Positions 18,409 to 25,632 of a DNA stretch of 64,000 nucleotides are shown here, piece after piece (within the stretch, counting starts at the first letter, position 1; every line of letters begins with the position of its first letter). Under the pieces are notes generated by a model. That model did not search any database. It was not told where the DNA came from and saw only the letters and a program-made list of their open reading frames with translations. The position numbers were made by a program, and so were the translations under genes. Source of the stretch: Patescibacteria group bacterium (GTDB lineage: Bacteria; Patescibacteriota; Patescibacteriia; Patescibacteriales; WJLG01); the NCBI GenBank assembly GCA_041652555.1, contig JBAZHE010000004.1, positions 657 to 64,656 on the forward strand. The letters are read 5' to 3'.

Positions 18409-18579
18409 TTAAATTTTTCTAAATTTCTTCTTTTTCAACAAAGAAAAAAAATGTTTTACGACATTAAAAAAACGAGTCACAGAAAAAGAATCTTCATTTA
18501 CTCTGCTCCTATTTTTTTGTTGTGATTTTTTTAAAGAAGCCTCTCCTAAATATTTTTCCCTCATCCCAGGATACAGCAT
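18409..18579 (-). CDS. 56-aa basic protein with strong SD (not in ORF track)
   Basis: GAAGGAGGAtaatATG. MLYPGMREKYLGEASLKKSQQKNRSRVNEDSFSVTRFFNVVKHFFSLLKKKKFRKI*. Followed on the minus strand by hairpin GGGTTGTT/AACAGCCC plus a T-run (about 18360-18385). Confidence 0.4.
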   Translation of the reverse strand: MLYPGMREKYLGEASLKKSQQKNRSRVNEDSFSVTRFFNVVKHFFSLLKKKKFRKI

Positions 18580-18603
18580 ATTATCCTCCTTCTTTGTAAT
18601 AAA

Positions 18604-19134
18604 CTATTGAACCAAATAATCTTTAAATATTTTTTTTAGTCCTGATTCAACAAAAATACAATCCACCTCTTGTTCGTTCTCCTTGCTGTAATCACTATTT
18701 TTTTGTAAATCTTCAATCAATAGATGTATCATTTCGTGAATTATTGTCTCAGCTATATATTCTGCCTTATGGCGAAGATTAACAACTATCGTATCCGGAA
18801 AATAATAATAGCCATCGCAACCGTAATAATTTAAAAAAACTTTAAACTGTTTGTTTATTAAAAATTTATCATTGTATCTCTCTAAAAGAGATTTTATTTC
18901 ATCTTCATTTATTTTTAAAAAATCATCAACCTCCTTGAGTATCTGATCTGGATTGTTTTCTATTTTATCTTTTTCCAATTGCGAAACAATCACCTCTTCC
19001 GTTATATTTTTATCCTCAAAAGGAAAATATATTCTAATGTTATTTTTTTTAAAAAAATCCAGAGATTCTACGACTTCAGTCATCTCTTTAATTATGATTT
19101 TTTCATCATATTTAATATCAAAATATTTACTCAT
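18604..19134 (-). CDS. HExxH-motif protein (putative zinc metallopeptidase)
   Basis: AETIIHEMIHLLIEDL. The track start at 19176 lies inside a hairpin (GAGGGG...CCCCTC); ATG at 19134 (MSKYFDIKYDEK) is more plausible. Confidence 0.45.
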   Translation of the reverse strand: MSKYFDIKYDEKIIIKEMTEVVESLDFFKKNNIRIYFPFEDKNITEEVIVSQLEKDKIENNPDQILKEVDDFLKINEDEIKSLLERYNDKFLINKQFKVFLNYYGCDGYYYFPDTIVVNLRHKAEYIAETIIHEMIHLLIEDLQKNSDYSKENEQEVDCIFVESGLKKIFKDYLVQ

Positions 19135-19201
19135 AATAAATTTTAATGAGGGGAAAGCAACTAGCGAACCCCTCATTTATTAGTAATCATAAAACTGTCC
19201 T
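19131..19201. repeat. ~70-nt intergenic element, copy X (copy Y at 45943-46012)
   Basis: 29-nt core TCATTTATTAGTAATCATAAAACTGTCCT matches 45984-46012 at 26/29, with weaker similarity across the adjacent ~40 nt including a hairpin. Confidence 0.6.
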
Positions 19202-20500
19202 GGCAAAACTCTCGACCTCCTCTATAGAGCAATTCAACGCCAGACCTATATCTTCTAAGGAATTTTTACCATTCATTAGTTTTATGGCATCTACGCCAAA
19301 CTGATCTAAAATTAACATACCCTTACCATCAAACAACCCAACATAACAATTTTCCGACTCTTTTCTTATTTTGTATTGTTTGTTTAACACTGGATAGTTA
19401 TCAATCTTTTTGTTTTTAAAACCGTTTGGGGTTGTCGTTACTTGAAATATCCATTTTTTAAAATAATTTTTCAAAGTAATAAAAATTGATTCTAAAAAAT
19501 TTTCTTCTACTGGCAACTTGATAAATTCATCGGCGATAAAATTATTCTTCATCGTCCTAGAAGCAATACAACCGCCACCACAAAAAGTTGGACATAGCCT
19601 GCAAGATAACGGTAAGTGTTTAAAAGTTCGAAAATCAGCTAATTTTTTCTCCCAAATAACTGATAAATCATCCTCAAAAATATTACCTATACCAACGCTC
19701 AAGCTTGCACAATTTTTAACCTCCCCTAAATAATTTATTTGACCAAAAGCTATTCCCTGAGCGCAATACAGTAGATACTTCCAATATTTAACCGGCACTT
19801 TGCATCTCGGAAATGAGTCTATTAAATTAACGGGAAATCCATAATTAATTCTTATTCTATGTATCATCTCGAGAATTTTCAAATAATCACCCATTGTTAA
19901 CTCACCATAGCTTCCATCTCCTTTATAGAGTCGATTCATGCAAACATTTTTTATTCCGTATTCTTTGTTAACTGAAACGATAAACTCTTCAAAAGTTTCA
20001 AGATTGATTTTGTTAGGAGTAAACAATATCGCAACTTCGACTCCAATGTTTTGCAATTTTTGAATTGAATTAACTGCTAAATCAAAACTTCCATCAACCC
20101 CTGTAACCTTATCATGCACATCTTTTAAGCCGTGGAGCGAAACACCACACTCTATCATGCCAATACTTTTAATAAAATCGATGTCTTCGCTTGAAAATAA
20201 TGTACCATTTGAAACGAAAGAGATAAAAAACCCTAATCTTTTCGCCTCACTCATTATTTCCTTCCACTCCTTAATAAGAGAAAACTCTCCGCCAAAAAAT
20301 CTAACCTCTAAAACACCGCTCTTTTTAAGAAGGTGTAATATTTTAATAAGATTATCAAATCTTTTTTGACTAGGAATGCTTACATATCTTTTTTGATAAG
20401 GTTCAGTGGGGCAAAAACAAAAAAAACATCTTAAATTACAATCTGCTGTCAACTCTAAGTTAACGGAAATTGGTGCAGACAGTTTTGTTCCAGTATTCAC
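19187..20500 (-). CDS. Radical SAM / SPASM-domain peptide-modifying enzyme with C-terminal PqqD-like (RRE-like) extension
   Basis: CNLRCFFC (CX3CX2C). SPASM-like CAQGIAFGQINYLGEVKNC ... CRLCPTFCGGGC. C-terminal GMLILDQFGVDAIKLMNGKNSLEDIGLALNCSIEEVESFARTVL resembles PqqD. The track start (TTG at 20542) lies inside a terminator hairpin; GTG at 20500 follows AAGGAG with a 6-nt spacer. Confidence 0.8.
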   Translation of the reverse strand: MNTGTKLSAPISVNLELTADCNLRCFFCFCPTEPYQKRYVSIPSQKRFDNLIKILHLLKKSGVLEVRFFGGEFSLIKEWKEIMSEAKRLGFFISFVSNGTLFSSEDIDFIKSIGMIECGVSLHGLKDVHDKVTGVDGSFDLAVNSIQKLQNIGVEVAILFTPNKINLETFEEFIVSVNKEYGIKNVCMNRLYKGDGSYGELTMGDYLKILEMIHRIRINYGFPVNLIDSFPRCKVPVKYWKYLLYCAQGIAFGQINYLGEVKNCASLSVGIGNIFEDDLSVIWEKKLADFRTFKHLPLSCRLCPTFCGGGCIASRTMKNNFIADEFIKLPVEENFLESIFITLKNYFKKWIFQVTTTPNGFKNKKIDNYPVLNKQYKIRKESENCYVGLFDGKGMLILDQFGVDAIKLMNGKNSLEDIGLALNCSIEEVESFARTVL

Positions 20501-20529
20501 GTCTTGCTCCTTTTTTTTAAAAAAACAGC

Positions 20530-20565
20530 CAACCCTTCCCAATTTTTTATCACAAGAAAGGGTTG
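20530..20565 (-). terminator. Terminator/attenuator-like hairpin between the precursor peptide gene and the rSAM gene
   Basis: Minus-strand CAACCCTTTC-(16-nt loop)-GGAAGGGTTG followed by gcTGTTTTTTT, then the rSAM SD. Confidence 0.55.
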
Positions 20566-20575
20566 ACTTCCTTTA

Positions 20576-20701
20576 TTAATACGCGCATCTACACTGTCCA
20601 GCGCATTGACTTGATTGCATTTTCAAATCAATACTTTTACTTGTGGACAACCCAAGCTTTTTAACGTGTCTTTTAATAAAAAGACGCTTTAATGCTTTCA
20701 C
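20576..20701 (-). CDS. 41-aa Cys-rich putative RiPP precursor peptide (unannotated, GTG start)
   Basis: Manual reverse complement: AAAGGAGGTGataaGTG aaa gca ... tat TAA TAA gives (M)KALKRLFIKRHVKKLGLSTSKSIDLKMQSSQCAGQCRCAY. Sits directly upstream of and co-oriented with the rSAM/SPASM gene. Confidence 0.6.
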   Translation of the reverse strand: MKALKRLFIKRHVKKLGLSTSKSIDLKMQSSQCAGQCRCAY

Positions 20702-20750
20702 TTATCACCTCCTTTCTGTTTTTTGTAAAGATCAAATTTCACCTGCAAGA

Positions 20751-20779
20751 ATAATAACCTTAAAATAATAAAATGTCAA
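20751..20779 (-). promoter_or_regulatory. Candidate sigma-70-type promoter of the peptide/rSAM operon
   Basis: Minus strand TTGACA-17 nt-TATTAT. A second overlapping TTGACA lies 9 nt upstream. Confidence 0.4.
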
Positions 20780-20836
20780 CATTGTCAATATTTCAGTTAC
20801 CAATATAGTAAAAATAACGCCAATTTTAGCGTTATC

Positions 20837-20859
20837 TTTACTAGCGGAGGGCGTGGAAC
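20837..20859. repeat. Degenerate att-like copy inside the island
   Basis: TTTACTAGCGGAGGGCGTGGAAC versus attL context TTTACTGGCGGAGAGTGAGGGAT (16451-16473). The shared TTTACT prefix is not present at the tRNA copy. A degenerate TGGGTACAAAT follows at 20901-20911. Confidence 0.4.
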
Positions 20860-20979
20860 AAAGTTAGAACTATTATATCTAATTATTTTCTAGATTCTAA
20901 TGGGTACAAATCATAAGCGACTTCTTCACATGGATGAACTTCCTTCATGGCAGTAATACTACAGTAAAGAAGAAAAAAA

Positions 20980-21885
20980 TTATTTTATATTTTTTTCAAT
21001 TTCAGAAAATGCTCTATCTTTCTCTAAATCAACCTTTTCCATTCCATCTGGACTTGCCTCATAATCCCCATCTTCTTCAAGTTTAAAATCAATTATATAA
21101 TGTTGTCCTCTAAAATCGACTTGATATTTATAGACAAACCCTTCATGGTTTTTTGGATCAATAGGCAAATTAGACATATAAGTTGGCCTCTTTCTCAGTT
21201 CCTTGGACAATTCTTCCCAAGAAGAAACTACTGGATATTTATTATTGTCATTAAAATATAATTCTAATGCTGTTTGCACTTGTTTAACATCAGCTATTCT
21301 TCTAGCATCTCTAGATTTTCTTCTAGCATTATTTAAAGCAACAACAGAGAGAGTAGATAAAATAACTAAAAATACAAAAGATGAAATTATTATAACAACC
21401 ACTGAAATATTTATTGATCTTAAGAATGGAAAGATTCTATATACTAAGGCTATAAAATTAATAAAAACTATCCAACTGATCAAAGAATAAAATGCTCTAA
21501 AAGGGCTCTTATTTACTTTATATTCATTTTTTATAGATCCATGAAGAAAAAATTCACTTACTTGATTTCTAGTATGCTCCAATCCTTCATATTCTATAAG
21601 TAGCTTTTTAAAAGTAAAGTGAACGACCCAACCAAAACAAAATAATGGGAGTAACAAAAACAAAGTAATAAGACTGTCTACGTCTTCATATATTTTATAA
21701 TTAACAAGGGCTATTATAACTGTAGAAAGAGAAAAAACGGTTGTAAAATAAAACTTAACTAACCCAAGCTGTATATCATCAATCTTGTGCATTTTATCAT
21801 CGCTTTGTTTTAATTCTTCTAAAAAATAAGTTTTTACATCATCCATATTTTTATTTTTTCCAATCTTCAATTGTAATTTTATCAC
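20980..21885 (-). CDS. Polytopic membrane protein with C-terminal type IV pilin/pseudopilin-like globular domain
   Basis: At least 4 hydrophobic segments, then NNARRKSRDARRIADVKQVQTALELYFNDNNKYP (typical post-helix region of CPR pilins). No G/FTLIE prepilin cleavage motif. Confidence 0.5.
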   Translation of the reverse strand: MIKLQLKIGKNKNMDDVKTYFLEELKQSDDKMHKIDDIQLGLVKFYFTTVFSLSTVIIALVNYKIYEDVDSLITLFLLLPLFCFGWVVHFTFKKLLIEYEGLEHTRNQVSEFFLHGSIKNEYKVNKSPFRAFYSLISWIVFINFIALVYRIFPFLRSINISVVVIIISSFVFLVILSTLSVVALNNARRKSRDARRIADVKQVQTALELYFNDNNKYPVVSSWEELSKELRKRPTYMSNLPIDPKNHEGFVYKYQVDFRGQHYIIDFKLEEDGDYEASPDGMEKVDLEKDRAFSEIEKNIK

Positions 21886-21907
21886 CCCTCTTTTCTATTT
21901 TCTCTTT

Positions 21908-22115
21908 TCAAAATTTTTTATTCGTTGTCGGCAATTTGTAGTGTTTTTTGCAACCGTGCCAAAAGCACAAATCGATAAAAATAACCGTTTGATATTTTTT
22001 TCAAAACCAAATCAGGTTTTCCGAAATAATGAGTGGAATTTTTTCTATAACGAAAGCTCTCTTTCCAAAGGTCTCTTCTAAAACTAATTTCAATCTTACC
22101 GTCTTTACTTCTCAC
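21908..22115 (-). pseudogene. vsr: Decayed very-short-patch repair endonuclease (vsr) remnant
   Basis: Frame 1: RSKDGKIEISFRRDLWKESFRYRKNSTHYFGKPDLVLKK. After a frameshift, frame 2: KKYQTVIFIDLCFWHGCKKHYKLPTTNKKF then TGA where Vsr has Trp. The tail overlaps the next gene's start. Confidence 0.6.
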
Positions 22116-22164
22116 TTTACTTATTATTTCGCTTCTCTTTTTTTTAAAACTGTATCATCCATAA

Positions 22165-22920
22165 TTATTTATCAAATAACTCAACAGGATTGATTTTAAA
22201 TTGTAACATTTTAGCAGAATCTCTACCTCCGTCACCACCCTTTCTTTGCATTCCTATTTTTCCAATTTTCAGACTACCCTGGTCCGTTATTCTTATATCG
22301 CCTTGTCCAAAAACATTCATTGCCTCGTTAATAGATTTTAAAACCCAATCGTTATCACCATTCGCTTTTAAAATAACTAATACCCAATCAGCAGAAAATT
22401 CTCCCCTGCCTTTCAGTAAATCGGAAATAACAAGAATTCTGTTTTTATCAAAAAATTTAATAATCTTTTTTTGATCTTTCTTTTTCATTTCTGTTAAAAG
22501 CATTCTTCGAGGATCTTTTAAGTTTTTTTCTTTTGGCTCTATCTCACCAGTAAAAAGTTTTAAAATTTTAACAATATCTTTTGGAATTTTCCAAAGCTCG
22601 GTATATTTATCAACCCACCTTTTGTCAATTTGATTAAATCCCTGCGGGTTGCTAACCAATTTAACTTGCAAATTTTGCAAATCTTCTTGAGATTTTAATT
22701 TAATAACAATCCTAATCCTAACTTGAACGTCGGCCTTATATTGCCCTCTAACTTTTTCCGCTTTGACATATTCAATATTATCAAAATCATACCCCATTTC
22801 AGAAAGCCAAGCTTGAGCAATTTCACTCGCTCTCCAGTTATTAAATGTTTTTATTACATCTTTTTCGTTTTTGAACCCTCCCTTTGCGGTTTTAGAACCG
22901 AGTTTCACCAAATTTACCAT
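22165..22920 (-). CDS. Type II restriction endonuclease (specificity unknown; C-terminus reminiscent of the MspI/HpaII group)
   Basis: Immediately downstream of the C5-MTase. Candidate catalytic D...Q-V-K (KADVQV...LQVKLVSN). C-terminal KMLQFK resembles my memory of the R.MspI C-terminus. Weak. Confidence 0.5.
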   Translation of the reverse strand: MVNLVKLGSKTAKGGFKNEKDVIKTFNNWRASEIAQAWLSEMGYDFDNIEYVKAEKVRGQYKADVQVRIRIVIKLKSQEDLQNLQVKLVSNPQGFNQIDKRWVDKYTELWKIPKDIVKILKLFTGEIEPKEKNLKDPRRMLLTEMKKKDQKKIIKFFDKNRILVISDLLKGRGEFSADWVLVILKANGDNDWVLKSINEAMNVFGQGDIRITDQGSLKIGKIGMQRKGGDGGRDSAKMLQFKINPVELFDK

Positions 22921-22928
22921 ACAAATAT

Positions 22929-23912
22929 TTAAATTATGCTTATTAAATTTTGAGCCAATCTTTCTATCACATTAACAGTCATAGCATTTCCAGCTTGAGA
23001 TAAAAGATTTGTATTATTAATTTTTCCTATTGTTTTTTCCGCTATGTCTTTTGGGAAACCTTGCAACAACAAAGATTCAAATCCGGACAATCTCCTTAAT
23101 TTTCCATTTTTAACATAAAGAATTCCATGTCTGCCAGTTCTCAACGTTGGAACCTTATTTTTATAAATTCTTAAATCCGATTGTCTAGTGTCTAAAACAA
23201 TATAGTCTTTTTTAAGCAAATCTTCTAAATTATGTTTCCCTTTATTATACTTATTATTTAAGTAATTTAAAAAAGTTTTATACCCCGAGCTGTTTTCGTC
23301 AAATTCAAGCTCTTTGCCGCCATCAATTAAATATTCGGATAATTTAGGACTATCAGGAAGATCAATAAATCCTAAGTCATTATTTTTTACTAAGTCTTTT
23401 CTTATTCCAACGAAATAAATTCTTTCTCTCATTTGAGGAACTCCATAATGTTCGCTATTTAAAACCTCATTAAAAATAACTTTATATCCAGCCTTATCTA
23501 GTTCGTTTAAAATTACCCGCAAAGTTTTCCCCTCATCATGGTTAACTAATCCTTTAACATTTTCCAAAATAAAATATTTCAAATTCTTTTCAAGCATTAT
23601 TTTAATTAGGCCAAAAATTATTTGCCCTCTATCATCAGCCATTCCTTTTCTTTGCCCAACTATAGAAAATGATTGGCAAGGAAAACCGGCAATCATTAAA
23701 TCGAAGTCTGGCATTTGTTTTGGATCGGCTTTCATTAAATCGCCAAAGTTTTGCTCTTTATGTCCAAAAAATTCTCTGTATGTCTTCTCGGAACTTTTAT
23801 TTATTTCGGAAAAGCCGACACAACGCATTCCATTTTTTTCTAGACCGAGTCTGCCAGCCCCAATGCCGGCGCAGAAATCCATGAATTTTATTTTCTGTTT
23901 TGTTTTTTGCAT
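22929..23912 (-). CDS. DNA (cytosine-5)-methyltransferase
   Basis: Motif I FCAGIGAG, motif IV GFPCQSFS, ENVKGL, QMRERIYFVG, GNAMTVNV. The track start at 23969 is a GTG extension overlapping the lexA promoter; ATG at 23912 (MQKTKQKIKFMDF) is preferred. Confidence 0.9.
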   Translation of the reverse strand: MQKTKQKIKFMDFCAGIGAGRLGLEKNGMRCVGFSEINKSSEKTYREFFGHKEQNFGDLMKADPKQMPDFDLMIAGFPCQSFSIVGQRKGMADDRGQIIFGLIKIMLEKNLKYFILENVKGLVNHDEGKTLRVILNELDKAGYKVIFNEVLNSEHYGVPQMRERIYFVGIRKDLVKNNDLGFIDLPDSPKLSEYLIDGGKELEFDENSSGYKTFLNYLNNKYNKGKHNLEDLLKKDYIVLDTRQSDLRIYKNKVPTLRTGRHGILYVKNGKLRRLSGFESLLLQGFPKDIAEKTIGKINNTNLLSQAGNAMTVNVIERLAQNLISII

Positions 23913-23931
23913 ATTTATGTTTGTTATTAAT

Positions 23932-23960
23932 ATTTTACTCTTTTTACAAATACTTGTCCA
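23932..23960 (-). promoter_or_regulatory. Candidate promoter of the methyltransferase operon
   Basis: Minus strand TGGACA-17 nt-TAAAAT. Its -35 lies 3 bp from the divergent lexA -35. Confidence 0.35.
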
Positions 23961-23963
23961 CGG

Positions 23964-23992
23964 TTGCACTTCGGTCTATCTTCGGGTATAAT
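23964..23992 (+). promoter_or_regulatory. Candidate promoter of lexA
   Basis: TTGCAC-17 nt-TATAAT read directly. Confidence 0.5.
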
Positions 23993-24005
23993 GTTAATAT
24001 AACAT
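23991..24005. promoter_or_regulatory. Imperfect palindrome ATGTTA-ata-TAACAT between the lexA -10 and its ATG; candidate operator
   Basis: 6-bp arms, 3-bp spacer; overlaps the end of the -10 and abuts the start codon. Confidence 0.3.
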
Positions 24006-24605
24006 ATGAATCCATTAACGAAAAGACAAAAAGAAATTTTAGAATATATCTCTTTATATATAGAGAAAAAACAATATTCCCCCACTTACGACGAAATCAA
24101 AAATAATTTCGGATTATCAGCCTTGTCAACTGTTCACGAACATATAACAGAATTGGTTAATAAGGGATATATCAAAAGAGGTGACAAAAATCCTCGTGGA
24201 ATTTCACTTACTCCAAAGAAAAAACAATACATGGAAATACCTCTTTCCGGAGTTATTCGAGCAGGAAGTCCAATTGAAGCCTTGGAAACAACTGACGAAT
24301 TTGTAAATGTTGTTCGCGAACCATCTTTAAAAGGATCTCTTTACGCCTTGAAAGTTAAGAGTAATTCTATGATTGGTGAGGGAATATTTAATGACGACAT
24401 TATAATTGCCAAAAAACAATCCACCGCCGAAAACGGCGATACAGTAGTCGCCGTTATAGATGACAACGAAGCAACTTTAAAAAAATTCTTCAAAGAGAAA
24501 GGAATGATAAAACTACAACCAGCCAACCCGACATATCGTCCGATATACAGAAAAAATGTTGAAATAAGAGGTGTGGTTGTAAAAATAATAAGAAATTTAA
24601 AATAA
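24006..24605 (+). CDS. lexA: LexA-type repressor (wHTH plus S24 autopeptidase)
   Basis: LTKRQKEILEYI...YSPTYDEI...LSALSTVHEHITELVNKGYIKR. Ala-Gly site (VIRAGSPIEA). Ser nucleophile (KSNSMIGEGI) and Lys (ATLKKF). Confidence 0.85.
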   Translation: MNPLTKRQKEILEYISLYIEKKQYSPTYDEIKNNFGLSALSTVHEHITELVNKGYIKRGDKNPRGISLTPKKKQYMEIPLSGVIRAGSPIEALETTDEFVNVVREPSLKGSLYALKVKSNSMIGEGIFNDDIIIAKKQSTAENGDTVVAVIDDNEATLKKFFKEKGMIKLQPANPTYRPIYRKNVEIRGVVVKIIRNLK

Positions 24606-24633
24606 CCATTATTAACCCTTTTTATTAAGTTAC

Positions 24634-25530
24634 ATGAAAAAAACTTCAAGTATTGCAATAGCAAAAAAAGGAGCTCTAAAAAAGATAACAGATAACATAG
24701 AAAAAATCTATGACGATTTTATAGTCAATGAAAAAATATATCAGCTTAGAATTGTTTGTCATTCTAAACCCGGTTTATACGAAAAGAACGAAGAAGCTGT
24801 CTCAAAAATAAAAGACATTGAAGAGCTTGTAAATTTTTTAGATGACCGGAGAATTGAACAATTTGATGAAGACGATAAAAATGAAGCGAAAGACGAAAAC
24901 ATAGCAAAAGTTAGAGCTTTATTGGCGTTGGAAGAAAAAGAATGGGCTGAAAAAAATAAAAGACCTTGGCCACCAGAAGAAGAGTCCAAATTTGAGAGAG
25001 AAGACTATATAAAAAATGAAGCCAAAAGAATTATGAAAGGCTCGACGGCTATTTTTCTTTTTAACCGAATCAATATTAATCCGGATTTATGGCGAAGTGT
25101 AATTGCGGCGATGTTTTTGCGTGTTCCGATAGAAAAAGTTTTGGAATGTAAAGAATCAATTTTAACTAAATATTTTTTACCGACAATTGATAATGATTGT
25201 TTAATAGTGCGTATCAATGAAATGACAAAGCCGGCAGATTTCGAACTAATTATAGATCTTTTAGGAACTAAGCAAAATGATTACGCAAAAAAATACGGAT
25301 ACATAAATAGTACGAGCACTACGGGATACCCAAGCCGCAAAGCGGACAAAATAATAACCGAATGCTATTTCAAAAGAATGGACATTAATCAAATTCACGA
25401 CGAATTAAAAAATCAAGGAATTACTAAAAAATATTCTGAGGCTAAAATTAAAGAAAGAATCAAAGAGTACTTGACACAGACTCGGCAAACGGAAAAATTA
25501 TCAGAAAAAATAAAAATTACCTGTGCATAG
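24634..25530 (+). CDS. Hypothetical protein (298 aa), probably co-transcribed with lexA
   Basis: Long ORF 28 nt after lexA; acidic/Lys-rich; no motif recognised. Confidence 0.5.
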   Translation: MKKTSSIAIAKKGALKKITDNIEKIYDDFIVNEKIYQLRIVCHSKPGLYEKNEEAVSKIKDIEELVNFLDDRRIEQFDEDDKNEAKDENIAKVRALLALEEKEWAEKNKRPWPPEEESKFEREDYIKNEAKRIMKGSTAIFLFNRININPDLWRSVIAAMFLRVPIEKVLECKESILTKYFLPTIDNDCLIVRINEMTKPADFELIIDLLGTKQNDYAKKYGYINSTSTTGYPSRKADKIITECYFKRMDINQIHDELKNQGITKKYSEAKIKERIKEYLTQTRQTEKLSEKIKITCA

Positions 25531-25598
25531 AGTTTTTTTCTCTACATAAAACTCATATCCTAATTTAACTCTAGTTAGCTAAAATAAATAACTGCATC

Positions 25599-25632
25599 AA
25601 AGATTTTAATTTAACAATTAAAATCTTTTTTT
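25599..25632. repeat. 34-nt perfect hairpin repeat, copy 1 (AAAGATTTTAATT-taac-AATTAAAATCTTTTTTT)
   Basis: Near-identical to 25766-25799 (one loop difference). Could act as a terminator after ORF 24634-25530 or as an operator/origin element. Confidence 0.7.

Noticed and set aside
21884-21897. CACCCCTCTTTTCT resembling the right half of the palindromic element
   Set aside because: Only about 13 nt match, the complementary AGAGGGG arm is missing, and the stretch is too short to separate from chance.
21908-21910. TGA at a conserved Trp position of vsr as a hint of an alternative genetic code (UGA=Trp/Gly)
   Set aside because: TGA clearly terminates well-defined genes here (e.g. the rSAM gene at 19187-19189, immediately before the next gene). 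This gene also carries a frameshift, so an ordinary nonsense mutation in a pseudogene is the simpler reading.
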